51,293 nucleotides of DNA from an uncultured Dehalococcoidales bacterium (GTDB lineage Bacteria; Chloroflexota; Dehalococcoidia; Dehalococcoidales; CAZFRL01): the NCBI GenBank assembly GCA_964521325.1, contig CAZFRL010000004.1:1-51293 (forward strand), given 5' to 3'. Both the position numbers and the translations under genes were made by a program. Under the pieces are notes generated by a model, which had not been told where the DNA came from, ran no database searches, and saw nothing but the letters and a program-made list of their open reading frames with translations. How positions within the stretch are numbered: position 1 is the stretch's first letter; each line of letters starts with the position of its first letter. Below, in pieces: positions 7,499 through 18,600 of the stretch.

Positions 7499-8351
7499 AG
7501 AATTTGATAATGTTCTGGATGAATGCCTGGAACGACTGCTGACTAAAGGCGAGACTATAGAGCAGTGTCTTCAGAGCTACCCTGAGCAGGCAGTCGAGCT
7601 TGAGCCACTGCTCCAGATGGCTGTGGCAGCTAAGAAGGCAGTGGCTGTCCAACCTCGCTCTGAGTTCCGAGCCGAAGCCAGATATCAGTTCCACGCGGCA
7701 CTCGGGGAAGTAGCATCCCAAAGAAGTCGCTCCTTCTTGGGCTGGTTTCCACGATGGGCAACAGTAGTGGCTATAGTTCTCGGTCTCATACTGGTTGGGG
7801 GCGGTACAGTGTCAGCCGCTGGCTACAGCATGCCCGACAGTCCCCTTTATCCGGTGAAGCTGACGACAGAGCAAGTGCGGTTAGCACTAACCCCCTCTGA
7901 GCTGAGTAAGGCACAACTGAGTGCTGAGCTAGCGGATAGAAGAATAGTAGAAATAATCTATATGGCGAATAAAGGTGATGCCCAACAGGTAGAAGCTATA
8001 ACCCAGCGTTTGGATGAGCGTCTGATAATGCTGGCCACGTTAGCCTCAACTACGAGGGATGTTACGCAAGAGGGTACGAAGGATGGTGGCGCCCCAGAAG
8101 TACTGACTCTACCATCTGTGGAACAGCCAGCACCTTCACCACCTGAAGAGGCCACAGGTGAAGGTGATGTACGCATTGAGACGGATGAACGAGCTAAGCT
8201 CAGGGTAACCGTGGCGCGTGATGCTGTCAATCATCCAGCAGCTCTCCGTTCTGTATTGGGGCAAGCCCCGGAGTTGGCGAAGCCGGCTCTGCGCCGGGCA
8301 ATTGCTGTATCAGTAGCTGGCTATGAAAGAGCCCTTAAGGCTTTAGATTAG
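7485..8351 (+). CDS. Membrane-anchored anti-sigma factor (DUF5667-like)
   Basis: Overlaps the sigma gene; N-terminal LDECLERL...ELEPLL, one TM helix, then SMPDSPLYPVKLTTEQVRL motif. Confidence 0.75.
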   Translation: MTASKEFDNVLDECLERLLTKGETIEQCLQSYPEQAVELEPLLQMAVAAKKAVAVQPRSEFRAEARYQFHAALGEVASQRSRSFLGWFPRWATVVAIVLGLILVGGGTVSAAGYSMPDSPLYPVKLTTEQVRLALTPSELSKAQLSAELADRRIVEIIYMANKGDAQQVEAITQRLDERLIMLATLASTTRDVTQEGTKDGGAPEVLTLPSVEQPAPSPPEEATGEGDVRIETDERAKLRVTVARDAVNHPAALRSVLGQAPELAKPALRRAIAVSVAGYERALKALD

Positions 8352-8385
8352 CCTAACCTTGTTAAAGATTGCTCCAGGTTGCCAC

Positions 8386-8412
8386 TAACTAATTGGCGGC
8401 TTTTTCGTTATA
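8386..8412 (+). promoter_or_regulatory. Candidate ECF promoter (TAAC-N16-CGTT)
   Basis: cacTAAC-16 nt-CGTTata, ~40 nt before the SIMPL gene; the same geometry recurs at 10045. Confidence 0.55.
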
Positions 8413-8449
8413 ATTATTAGTAGAAGAAATTTTAAGCGGGAGGTGGATA

Positions 8450-9220
8450 ATGAAAAGGAACTGGTTATTGGCTGTAAGTTTGGCATTGGTGCTGGTAGTG
8501 GTTGGACTATGTGGCTGTAGTGATGGTGCAACATTCGCTGAGTCACCCTCATCGGTAGAGGTCAACGTGGCTAGTCAGCAGGAAGGGATTTGGGTTACAG
8601 GAGAGGGTAAGGTAACTGTTACCCCTGACATTGCTATCCTGCAGTTGGGCATTGCTGCTCAGGCAGTAAGTGTGGCTGAGGCTCAATCCCAGGCGGCTGA
8701 AGCTATGGAGAATGTAATGACAGCCCTGACTGATAACGAGGTGGCTGAGAAGGACATTCAAACCCGGTATTTCAGCATTCACCAGGTAACCAAGTGGGAT
8801 AGGGAAACGGAAGAGGAGGTCGTGATTGGCTACCGGGTAACCAACATGGTGAGTGCCAAGGTAAGGGACATAGATAAAACCGGCACCATTATTGACGCTG
8901 TGGCTGAGGCTGGAGGCGACCTTACCCGAATAGATAACATCAGCTTTTCCGTGGATGAGCCTTCAGCTTATTATGAAGAGGCGAGACAGAAGGCAATGGC
9001 TGATGCCAAAGCTAAAGCAGAGCAACTGGCTGAACTGGCTGAGGTCACTTTGGGTAAGCCAACCTATATTTCTGAGGGTGGCCAAGCTCCGCCACCTATC
9101 TACCGTCAGGACATGTATGTTGAAGGAGCTGGAGCAGTACCAGCACCTGAGACACCGATTAGCCTCGGGGAGATGGAGATTAGCCGTACTGTTCAGGTAG
9201 GTTACGCTATTTTGGGCTAA
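8450..9220 (+). CDS. SIMPL (DUF541/BP26) domain exported protein
   Basis: Signal peptide with GLCGC; GIWVTGEGKVTVTPDIA, DIQT, GYRVTN, ARQKAMADAKAKAEQLA. Confidence 0.9.
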   Translation: MKRNWLLAVSLALVLVVVGLCGCSDGATFAESPSSVEVNVASQQEGIWVTGEGKVTVTPDIAILQLGIAAQAVSVAEAQSQAAEAMENVMTALTDNEVAEKDIQTRYFSIHQVTKWDRETEEEVVIGYRVTNMVSAKVRDIDKTGTIIDAVAEAGGDLTRIDNISFSVDEPSAYYEEARQKAMADAKAKAEQLAELAEVTLGKPTYISEGGQAPPPIYRQDMYVEGAGAVPAPETPISLGEMEISRTVQVGYAILG

Positions 9221-9368
9221 TAAATTTTGTTGGGGGGCTGATTGTGGCGGTTGCTAAACAAGTTATGAGATGCGGCAAGCCCGCATAAGACCTTACCAGC
9301 TAAAGTTACTCAAAATAACGGGTGAAAATAAGGCGCTGAGAGACAGGCGATGAGATAGGAGGGTTAGC

Positions 9369-9497
9369 ATGTGGGTATTTAAGTATTTAATTTGTATGGT
9401 GCTCAAACATATTTTTGTAAACATATTTTGGGAAGATTCGCCTTACCAATACTGTTTACGATGTGGCAAGGTTGAGGTTCATGATGCCGTTAAATAA
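9369..9497 (+). CDS. 42-aa Cys/His microprotein, putative zinc finger (not in ORF track)
   Basis: AGGAGG SD then ATG; MWVFKYLICMVLKHIFVNIFWEDSPYQYCLRCGKVEVHDAVK; C-x4-H ... CxxC. Confidence 0.65.
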   Translation: MWVFKYLICMVLKHIFVNIFWEDSPYQYCLRCGKVEVHDAVK

Positions 9498-9609
9498 GGT
9501 GTTTTTGTAGGGAGTCGGAGGTGATAAGAGCCGACTGAAAACCGCTATCACTTAGAGCACGGCTGATAAAACACCAAAAATCAGATTGGATTGGAGTAAA
9601 AATCGAAAA

Positions 9610-10014
9610 ATGAAATCAAAGATTATTTTAACATGTGCCATAGCTGTTATCTCACTTAGCCTCGTTGCTTGTGTGGCGGCACCAAAGCAAGTATCGGTCG
9701 ATGCTTCATATGCAGGCAAAGAAGTCGAAATTGCTGTTGACGGCTCATTGATAGTAACTTTGGAATCTAACGCCACAACCGGCTTCCAGTGGCAGCTGGT
9801 AGAGATTACTGACCAAACTGTGTTAGAAGAAGTAGAGCACGAATACGTGGCACCTGAATCTGACCCCCCTCTGATGGGGGCTGGTGGTGAAGAGGTGTGG
9901 ACTTTCAAAGCACTCAAGAAAGGCACGACTGAGTTATCCATGGAATATAGTCAGCCCTGGGAGGACGGTACGAAGGCAGCTGAAACATTCAGCTTAACTA
10001 TAGTTGTTAAATAG
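9610..10014 (+). CDS. Chagasin/protease inhibitor I42-family lipoprotein
   Basis: Lipobox SLVAC; VTLESNATTGFQWQ, GAGGEEVWTFKAL, YSQPWE motifs. Confidence 0.88.
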   Translation: MKSKIILTCAIAVISLSLVACVAAPKQVSVDASYAGKEVEIAVDGSLIVTLESNATTGFQWQLVEITDQTVLEEVEHEYVAPESDPPLMGAGGEEVWTFKALKKGTTELSMEYSQPWEDGTKAAETFSLTIVVK

Positions 10015-10044
10015 AGTGCCACAAAGATAACCTCAAGCCACTGC

Positions 10045-10071
10045 TAACCAATTGAGAACTTTGTCGTTCTA
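10045..10071 (+). promoter_or_regulatory. Candidate ECF promoter (TAAC-N16-CGTT)
   Basis: gcTAAC-caattgagaactttgt-CGTTcta upstream of the GGAGGTG SD and ATG 10124. Confidence 0.55.
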
Positions 10072-10123
10072 TATTAGTAAAAAGTAATTTAGGCAAAAAT
10101 AAATTTAGAGGAGGTGAAAGGTG

Positions 10124-10555
10124 ATGTCCAGGAGAATGAAGGTTATCGTCTCAGTGCTGGTGGCTATACTCTTGCTGACAGTGGGTGTCACAGCAACAGT
10201 GATGGCACAGGAGGAGCCCACGCCGCCAGCGCCACAAGCAGAAGAAAATGGTCTTCTAGCTAGAGTGGCTGAGATTTTAGATATTTCCTAGGAAGACCTA
10301 GTCAATGCCTTTAAGCAGGCGCGGCAGGAGATGCAGGAGGAGGCTTTTATTAAGTCTCTTGATAAGGCTGTTGAGCGGGGGCTCATTACTCAGGAGGAGG
10401 CTGATAAAATCAAAGGCTGGTGGGAGCAAAAGCCGGAAACTATAAGACCTAACCTTTTTCAGCGTATCTTCGGCTTCCCAGCCTTACGTTTCAGGCACAT
10501 GTGGGGTGCTCATAGAGGATGGTTCTGGGCAAGACCACCCATACCAGCCGACTAA
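10124..10555 (+). pseudogene. Exported helical protein interrupted by in-frame TAG (codon 56)
   Basis: SD GGAGGTG, signal peptide MSRRMKVIVSVLVAILLLTVGVTATVMA; the frame continues ...LDIS*EDLVNAFKQARQEMQEEAF into track ORF 10331-10555; TAG at 10289-10291. Confidence 0.75.
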
Positions 10556-10585
10556 ATTATCATATAGATAGCCTAAACAATGAAA

Positions 10586-10617
10586 GGGGAGCTTCGGTGA
10601 GGCTCCCCATTTATTTT
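10586..10617. terminator. Terminator hairpin between convergent genes
   Basis: GGGGAGC-9 nt-GCTCCCC followed by ATTTATTTT; A-run on the other side. Confidence 0.6.
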
Positions 10618-10664
10618 GCCCGTAGGTTCATACCAAGGTTGAGTGCTTCCTTCCCAATATATGC

Positions 10665-11705
10665 CTATTCTGTGGTATTGCTTTCCCATAGGGTTGGCTG
10701 AGGCGCTTTTCCCTTGTTATAGGGCAAGCCGAGGTGCTCATAAGCTAGTTGGGTGGCTAGTCTGCCACGAGGGGTTCGCTCCAGAAAGCCCAGTTGCAGG
10801 AGGTAAGGCTCGTAGATGTCCATGACGGTATCGGCCTCCTCGCTGATAGAGGCAGCAATAGTGTCTAGTCCCACTGGTCCGCCATTAAACTTGTCAATGA
10901 TAGTATGTAGCACCTTGTGGTCTATCTCATCTAGACCTATATGGTCGACTTCAAGCTTGGATAGTGCCTCAACTGCTACTGGTTGGGTGACTATGCCATC
11001 TGCCATCACTTGGGCATAATCTCTGACTCGTTTAAGCAGGCGGTTGGCTACACGAGGTGTGCCTCTAGCTCGGCGGGCTATTTCAATAAGTCCATCGGCT
11101 TCGGCTTTTATCTGGAGAATGCGAGCTGAGCGGTTGATGATTGTCTCCAGGGATGTCTGGTCATAGAAATCAAGGCGGTAAACAGCACCAAATCGGTCGC
11201 GGAGGGGCGGACTTAGTAAGGCAAAGCGGGTAGTGGCGCCAATCAGGGTGAAGTGGGGAAGGTTTAGTCGCAGGCTTTTGGCACCGGGGCCTTTGCCTAT
11301 GATAATGTCTAGGGCAAAGTCCTCCATGGCTGGGTAAAGCACTTCCTCTACTGCCCGATTGAGGCGGTGGATTTCATCAATGAAGAGTACATTGTGGCTG
11401 CGAAGGTTGGTTAAAATAGCTGCCAAGTCCCCGGTACGCTCTACCGCTGGACCTGAGGTAATTCTGATGTTAACCCCCATCTCTGCGGCAATAATATAAG
11501 CTAAGGTGGTCTTGCCCAGGCCAGGTGGACCATACAGTAGTACATGGTCTAGTGCTTCACCCCTACCTTTGGCAGCAGTGATAGCTATTTGAAGGTTATC
11601 CTTAATCCTCGTCTGCCCAACAAAATCATCAAGGCAGCGGGGACGGAGACTGGTGTCAAGTGGTATGTCCTCAGCGCTGGGTTTACCCGATATAATGCGA
11701 GCTAT
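10665..11705 (-). CDS. ruvB: Holliday junction branch migration ATPase RuvB
   Basis: The frame stays open 75 codons upstream of the track start, including [12 protein letters not shown] and Walker [10 protein letters not shown]; [17 protein letters not shown]; first plausible codon after the GAGGTG SD is ATA 11705. Confidence 0.93.
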   Translation of the reverse strand: MARIISGKPSAEDIPLDTSLRPRCLDDFVGQTRIKDNLQIAITAAKGRGEALDHVLLYGPPGLGKTTLAYIIAAEMGVNIRITSGPAVERTGDLAAILTNLRSHNVLFIDEIHRLNRAVEEVLYPAMEDFALDIIIGKGPGAKSLRLNLPHFTLIGATTRFALLSPPLRDRFGAVYRLDFYDQTSLETIINRSARILQIKAEADGLIEIARRARGTPRVANRLLKRVRDYAQVMADGIVTQPVAVEALSKLEVDHIGLDEIDHKVLHTIIDKFNGGPVGLDTIAASISEEADTVMDIYEPYLLQLGFLERTPRGRLATQLAYEHLGLPYNKGKAPQPTLWESNTTE

Positions 11706-11785
11706 CTCACCTCACCCCCGGTTTATCTTCTGTTGATAGACTACATTATTATACCACATCTTTGCCCGAGGCCGGGATAGATTGA

Positions 11786-11823
11786 CAATAAAATAGAGTC
11801 GCCCTATTTTATGCGGGCGACTC
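11786..11823 (-). terminator. Intrinsic terminator after rpoC
   Basis: GAGTCGCCC-10 nt-GGGCGACTC 9-bp stem followed by TATTTTATTG on the minus strand. Confidence 0.7.
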
Positions 11824-11855
11824 CCCATTATTTCAGTTGGTGACTCCAGCAGACC

Positions 11856-14800
11856 TTAGATAGCTAGCGCCTCTTCCTCTTCTCCTTCTCCTTCCTCCTC
11901 TTCTTCGCCGGCTGCCAGTTCTGGTACCTCTTCGAGTTCGGGAATAAGTTGGCAGGCTGGAATCAGCTTGCCAATAATTACATTTTCCTTAAGCCCACTC
12001 AGCCTGTCTATCTTGCCAGAGATTGCAGCTTCAGTAAGCACTCTAGTAGTCTCTTGGAAGGAAGCCGCTGCCAGCCAGCTATCGGTGTTCAGTGAAGCTC
12101 TGGTTATCCCTAGTAATACAGTGTGGGCAGTGGCTGGCTCACCACCTTCAGCTAGCATCTTAGCATTAACGTCCTCATAACGTGACCTGTCTATAAGCTC
12201 CCCGGGTACTAGTTCGGTGTCACCTGAAGCATCAATACGAACCTTGGCCAGCATCTGGCGAACAATAACTTCAATATGCTTGTCGTTTATATTCACTCCC
12301 TGGGAACGATATACCTTCTGTTCCTCGTCTACTAGGTATCGCTGGACTGCCTCCCTGCCCAAAATATGTAGTATATCGTGGGGGTTAATGGAGCCATCGG
12401 TAAGTTGTTGCCCTGCCTTTACCTGGTCTCCAGTCCGAACACTAATATGAACGGTAGATGGGACGGTATACTCTCGTTCCTCTTTCTCTTCATAGGTGAT
12501 AGACAAGTGCTCACTGTCAATAGTTACTTTACCAGCTACACGAGCTAGGATAGATTGAGTTTCAGTGGCTAAGGCTACTGATTCTGGCTTAACCTTGGTC
12601 TCAGGGGGTTGACAGGCTAATACCGTTCCTATATCTACCCATTGACCATTATCCACCGCAACCTGCCAGCCAGGGGGCAGCGAATATTCATCATGGAACA
12701 CCTCAGAGCTGGTGATCTTAATCTTCCTTCCCTCCTCATCCTGAACTACATCAGCTACCCCGTCTATTTCCGAGATGATTGCCTGCGTCTTAGGTGACCT
12801 CGCCTCAAAGAGTGCCTCTACCCGGGGTAGACCACTAGTGATATCAAGTCCTACTACACCACCAGTATGGAAGGTACGTAGGGTTAGCTGGGTCCCCGGC
12901 TCACCGATACTTTGGGCAGCTATTATACCTACGGCTGTGTTAAGGTTGACCATACGCCCATGGGTAAGGTCTCGTCCATAGCACTGCTGACAGACGCCCT
13001 GCCTTGACCGGCAGCTAAGTGGAGATCTAACATGGACCTTGGTTAACCCGGCAGCGATAATTTCCGTTGCCTTCTGCTCATCAATTTCATCATTCTGGTC
13101 AACAATGATTTCTCTGGTCTGGGGATTGACTATTTTACTAGCGGCCAACCGACCGATTATTCGCTCAGCAAGCGATGGTAATAGTTCTTCCTCTTGTGGT
13201 TCGGATACCCATATACCGTCTGTGGTACCGCAGTCCTCCTCGAGAATAATAACGTCCTGAGCAACATCAATAAGGCGCCTGGTGAGGTAACCACTATCTG
13301 AAGTCCTCAGGGCGGTATCGGCTAATCCCTTGCGGGCACCATGGGTAGAGATAAAGTATTCTAGAACACTGAGCCCTTCACGGAGGCTCAATTTGATAGG
13401 AAAGTCGATTATTCTACCTGCGGGATCAGTCATCAAACCTCGCATACCTGCCATCTGTCTAATCTGGGAAATATTTCCCTTTGCCCCTGATGTTGCCATC
13501 ATGTAAAGGCCACCATAGCGGTCAAGGGTTTGGGAGATGGTCTCGGTAATCCTATCAGTGGTTTCCATCCATACTCCAATGACGCTATTATATCTCTCAT
13601 CATCGGTGATTAAACCACGGTGGTACTGGTTTTCAATAATGGCAATCCTTTCCTCTGCCTCTTCTAGTAGCTTGGGCTTATTCTGTGGAACCTCGATATC
13701 GTTCATGGCAATAGTAATTCCCGATTTGGTGGCATAGTGGAAACCTAGTTGCTTAAGGCTGTCCACAACTTTAGCCGTATCTTCGTTACTCAGTAGCTTG
13801 TAGCAATCAGCTACTATTTGCTTTAAGCCTGACTTATCAATTACTTTGTTGTAGAAGCCTAATTCTGGGGGTATAACATCGTTAAAGATGATGCGACCAA
13901 CACTGGTTTTAATCCTTTGCCCGTCTCTCTGCCGGTCTACAACCTCAATCGCAGCTCTAAGGTCAATAGTGCCCAGTTCATAGGCGAGTTTTGCCTCCTC
14001 GAAACTGCTAAAGATTTGGCTCTCCTCCTTGGCTTCAGATTGGATGGTAGTCAGGTAGTAGCAACCGAGAACCATATCCAAGGTTGGGGTTACTATCGGC
14101 TCACCACAGCTGGGCAACAGCATATTGTGAGTACTGAGCATAATCTCTCTAGCCTCTCTGACCGCAGCTTTAGACAAGGGGATGTGAATTGCCATCTGGT
14201 CGCCATCAAAATCAGCATTGAAAGCAGTGCATACTAAGGGATGGATCTGAATGCCACTACCACCAATAAGCACCGGCTCAAAGGCCTGGATGCTAAGTCG
14301 GTGCAGGGTGGGGGCCCGATTAAGTAATACTGGTCGTTCCTTGATAACTTCCTCTAGTATGTCATATACCTCTGGTTTGTCTCTCTCTACCAGCCGTCGG
14401 GCACTCTTAATGTTGTGAGCAATGCCTAATTTCACCAGACGACGCATAACAAAGGGTTTAAATAACTCCAGAGCTATCCGTCTGGGCAAGCCACATTGGT
14501 GAAGCTTGAGTTCTGGTCCGACAACAATAACCGAGCGCCCGCTATAGTCAACTCGCTTGCCTAGTAGGTTCTGGCGAAAGCGGCCTTGTTTACCACGGAG
14601 GTTATCTGAGAGTGATTTTAATTTATGAGTACCACTAATAGAGACGGCTTTTCCCCTTCTCCCATTATCGATGATGGAATCAACTGCTTCTTGGAGCATC
14701 CGTTTCTCGTTGCGGACGATAACTTCTGGTGCCCCCATTTCTATTAAGTGGCGTAGTCGGTTGTTGCGGTTAATGACTCGTCGATATAGGTCATTAAGGT

Positions 14801-15638
14801 CACTGGTAGCAAATCTGCCTCCATCTAGTTGAACCAAAGGTCGAAGGTCAGGGGGTAAGACAGGTAACACGGTTAAAATCATCCACTCTGGTTTATTGCC
14901 ACTGCGGCGGAGGGACTCCACTAGGCGTAGCTGCTTGCTTGCCTTCTTGCGGCGTTGACCTGAAGTAGATTGGATTTCCTGGAGCAGGCTGCTACGTATT
15001 TCATCAAGGTTAATGTCCTTGAGAATTTGTAGAATAGCCTCAGCTCCTATCCCTGCCTCGAAAACTTGACCATATTTCTGTTTGAGCTCATGATATTGAT
15101 TCTCGGTGAGTAGGTCCCCCATTCTGAGGTCTTTTAGTTGTTCCATTTCAATGGCAAGCTCTTCCTCAGGTTGTGTCTCTTCCTCAGGCTGTTTAATTGC
15201 TTCTTGTCGTGCCTCTTCGTTAATAGCGGTGATGATATAATGGGAGAAGTATAGAACACGCTCCAGACTTCGCGGTGACAGGTCGAGCAATAATCCCAAT
15301 CGGCTTGGTATCCCCTTAGCAAACCAGATATGACTCACCGGGCACGCTAGCTCAATATGTCCCATACGTTCTCGACGTACTTTAGCCCGGGCTACCTCAA
15401 CGCCACACTTATCGCAAATAATTCCTTTGTAGCGTATCCCTTTATACTTACCACAGTAACATTCAAAATCTTTAGTCGGACCAAAGATTCTCTCACAGAA
15501 AAGCCCATCCCTTTCTGGCTTCAGGGTACGGTAGTTGATAGTCTCTGGCTTGGTTACCTCACCGTAGGACCAGCTCCTGATCTGCTCCGGTGAAGCTAGG
15601 GAGATACGGACAGCATCAAAATCATTAACTTCCAGCAT
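11856..15638 (-). CDS. rpoC: RNA polymerase beta' subunit
   Basis: Zn-ribbon [21 protein letters not shown], catalytic NADFDGDQM; ATG 15638 with GAGGAGG SD. Confidence 0.99.
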   Translation of the reverse strand: MLEVNDFDAVRISLASPEQIRSWSYGEVTKPETINYRTLKPERDGLFCERIFGPTKDFECYCGKYKGIRYKGIICDKCGVEVARAKVRRERMGHIELACPVSHIWFAKGIPSRLGLLLDLSPRSLERVLYFSHYIITAINEEARQEAIKQPEEETQPEEELAIEMEQLKDLRMGDLLTENQYHELKQKYGQVFEAGIGAEAILQILKDINLDEIRSSLLQEIQSTSGQRRKKASKQLRLVESLRRSGNKPEWMILTVLPVLPPDLRPLVQLDGGRFATSDLNDLYRRVINRNNRLRHLIEMGAPEVIVRNEKRMLQEAVDSIIDNGRRGKAVSISGTHKLKSLSDNLRGKQGRFRQNLLGKRVDYSGRSVIVVGPELKLHQCGLPRRIALELFKPFVMRRLVKLGIAHNIKSARRLVERDKPEVYDILEEVIKERPVLLNRAPTLHRLSIQAFEPVLIGGSGIQIHPLVCTAFNADFDGDQMAIHIPLSKAAVREAREIMLSTHNMLLPSCGEPIVTPTLDMVLGCYYLTTIQSEAKEESQIFSSFEEAKLAYELGTIDLRAAIEVVDRQRDGQRIKTSVGRIIFNDVIPPELGFYNKVIDKSGLKQIVADCYKLLSNEDTAKVVDSLKQLGFHYATKSGITIAMNDIEVPQNKPKLLEEAEERIAIIENQYHRGLITDDERYNSVIGVWMETTDRITETISQTLDRYGGLYMMATSGAKGNISQIRQMAGMRGLMTDPAGRIIDFPIKLSLREGLSVLEYFISTHGARKGLADTALRTSDSGYLTRRLIDVAQDVIILEEDCGTTDGIWVSEPQEEELLPSLAERIIGRLAASKIVNPQTREIIVDQNDEIDEQKATEIIAAGLTKVHVRSPLSCRSRQGVCQQCYGRDLTHGRMVNLNTAVGIIAAQSIGEPGTQLTLRTFHTGGVVGLDITSGLPRVEALFEARSPKTQAIISEIDGVADVVQDEEGRKIKITSSEVFHDEYSLPPGWQVAVDNGQWVDIGTVLACQPPETKVKPESVALATETQSILARVAGKVTIDSEHLSITYEEKEEREYTVPSTVHISVRTGDQVKAGQQLTDGSINPHDILHILGREAVQRYLVDEEQKVYRSQGVNINDKHIEVIVRQMLAKVRIDASGDTELVPGELIDRSRYEDVNAKMLAEGGEPATAHTVLLGITRASLNTDSWLAAASFQETTRVLTEAAISGKIDRLSGLKENVIIGKLIPACQLIPELEEVPELAAGEEEEEGEGEEEEALAI

Positions 15639-18600
15639 TTTCCTCCTCAACCTCATTAAGTGCTTTCGTGGTTTCCTCAGCGAAGGCTGCCTTTTCCTCT
15701 CCTTCGTTAATCACCTCAATAGCAAGCCCTAAACTTTGCAGTTCTTTAACTAGAACCTTAAACGATTCAGGCACGCCAGGTTGGAGAATATCCTCATTCT
15801 TAACTATAGCCTCATAGGTTTTGTCTCGACCGGACACATCATCTGACTTGATAGTCAGAACTTCCTGAAGGTTATGGGCAGCGCCATAGGCTTCTAGTGC
15901 CCATACCTCCATCTCACCAAAGCGTTGACCTCCGAATTGGGCCTTACCGCCTAGGGGTTGTTGAGTAATCAAAGAGTAGGGCCCAATAGAGCGGGCATGA
16001 ACCTTATCCTCAACCAGGTGGATTAGTTTCATCATATAGATATTCCCCACTGTTACCGGCTGGTCAAAAGGCTCACCGCTGCGTCCATCGCGGAGTATAA
16101 CCTTGCCATTTACAGGTGGAGCAAGCTTCCTTTCACTACTTACCCTTTCCACTGCTTGCCGCAGTGCCTGTAAGTCAAGGTCTCGGCTAGCTATACCTAA
16201 TTCTTCAAGCCAAAGGCGCAAGCAAACCTCTCTCGCTTCTCCCGAGTAGTCGTCACTGAATACTCTGTCTCCGTCGTAGCCATTACTTTTAAGCCACGCC
16301 TTAGCTAGTTCCAATTGCACCGTGGCATTCTCGTTACTAGGGCCAGAGTCAACCGCCCCAGCTTTCTGAGCTAGCCAAGCCCTAGCCAGGGCATCCTCAA
16401 TATCAGTATCATCGGCACCATCAAAAACCGGGGTGAGTACCTTGAAGCCCAGTATCTGGGCAGCCCAGCCAAGGTGAGTTTCCAGCACCTGACCGATATT
16501 CATACGTGATGGGACACCTATAGGGTTGAGGATTATGTCTACCGGTGTGCCATCGGGGAGGAAAGGCATGTCCTCAACGGGGGCAATACGGGCGATCACA
16601 CCCTTATTACCATGCCGCCCGGATAGCTTATCCCCTACGGAAATTCTTCGTTTCTGGGCAATCCAAACCTGCACTCGTTTTTCAACTCCAGCCGGTAGGT
16701 CATCACCAGTGAAGTCTCTAACATTAATCACTTTACCCCACTCGCCGTGAGGCACTCGTAGCGAGGTATCCTTTACCTCACGGGCTTTCTCACCAAAGAT
16801 AGCCCGCAAAAGTTTCTCTTCAGCCGATAGCTCGGTCTCTCCCTTGGGGGTAATCTTACCTACTAGTATGTCACCTGGGCCTACTTTGGCACCAACCCGA
16901 ATAATGCCAGTTTCATCAAGGTCACGTAGGCTTTCCTCACCCACATTAGGTATATCTCTGGTGATTTCTTCGGGTCCTAACTTGGTATCCCGAGCCTCTA
17001 CCTCATACTTCTCAATATGAATAGAAGTAAATTTATCCCGTTCAACTAGGCGATTGCTGATGATGATAGCATCCTCAAAGTTATAACCTTCCCAGCTCAT
17101 AAAGGCACACAGCACATTCTGTCCCAGAGCCAGTTCCCCCTGTTCAGTAGATGAGCTATCAGCCAGAACTTGCCCCTTTTCTACTCGGTCGCCTTTACTT
17201 ACTATGGGGTTTTGGTTAAGGCAAGTACCCTGATTAGTGCGGACAAATTTCATTAGCGGGTATAATTTCTTATCACCGCTATCTTCGGTAACCTCTATCT
17301 GTGAGCTGGTAACTGAGGCTACCACCCCGGCATTCTGGGCATAGAGTACCTGCCCACTGTGCTTAGCCGCTTCCATTTCCATACCGGTGGCTACCAAGGG
17401 TGCCGTAGGGGAAAGCAACGGTACCGCTTGCCGCTGCATATTTGCTCCCATCAGAGCACGATTTGCATCATCGTGTTCTAGGAAGGGTATTAGTGCCGTG
17501 GCAACACTGACCATCTGCTTGGGTGATACATCCATAAAATCAATTTTATCGGGTGTCTCCAGTAAGTAGCGGTCACCATGCCTGGCTTCAACCTTCTCTG
17601 CCACAAATTGGCTATTTTGATTAAGCCGGGCATTAGCCTGGGCAATAGTATATTTATCCTCTTTGTCGGCTGAAAGGTAAACGACCTCATCAGAGACGAA
17701 GGGTGCTACCTTTATACTTCTAGGGGATAGGCGAGATAGCTTGGTAGCCAGCTGGGGGGTAATGGTAGTCCCAGCTTTTACTACAGTATTGCCCTTGTTA
17801 TTAACCACTGCCTCCGTGGTTGTCTTACCCAGCAAATTGTCATAAGTATTGCTTACCTCAGTTATAACCCTGCGGTATGGTGTCTCAATAAAGCCATATT
17901 GGTTAATCTGGCTGTAGGTGGCTAAAGAGCCAATAAGACCAATGTTAGGTCCCTCTGGTGTCTCAATGGGGCAAATTCTACCATAGTGAGAGAAGTGGAC
18001 ATCGCGGACATCAAAGCCAGCACGCTCACGAGATAAACCTCCTGGTCCCATTGCTGATAGGCGGCGCTTATGCGTCAGCTCAGCCAATGGGTTCGTTTGG
18101 TCCATAAATTGTGATAGCTGCGAACCATTGAAGAACTCTCTGACCGCGGCTGCTATGGGGCGAATATTAATCAGAGCACTAGGAGTAACTGCTTCCGTGC
18201 TAATAATGCTCATACGTTCCCTGACTGCTCTCTCTAGGCGCAATAGCCCGATACGAAACTGGTTCTGGACCAACTCGGCAACTGTACGCACTCGCCGATT
18301 CCCTAGGTGGTCAACATCGTCTGGGGTATCCTCACCATTATTAACCATGAAGATATGCCTGATTATCTCTATGATGTCTTCCTCGTCTAGAGCTGGGTTT
18401 CTTTTTGAATCATCAAGCCCTAATCGTTTATTAAGCTTATATCGACCTACATTCCCAAGGTCGTAACGCTGAGGATCAAAGAGCAGGTTCTTGGTTAGTT
18501 TTCTGGCATTTTCAATATTAGGTCGGTCCCCAGGGCGCAATTTCTTATAGATATCAATTAGAGCATCGGATTCATTTCTAATTAAGGGCTCGCGTTGCAT

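Noticed and set aside
9404-9430. Direct repeat AAACATATTTT x2
   Set aside because: It lies within the 42-aa microprotein coding sequence and is AT-rich; not convincing as an operator.
18040-18130. RpoB rifampicin-region differences ([15 protein letters not shown])
   Set aside because: Key Asp, His and Ser positions are retained; the Ala and Met variants look like ordinary lineage variation, so resistance cannot be claimed.
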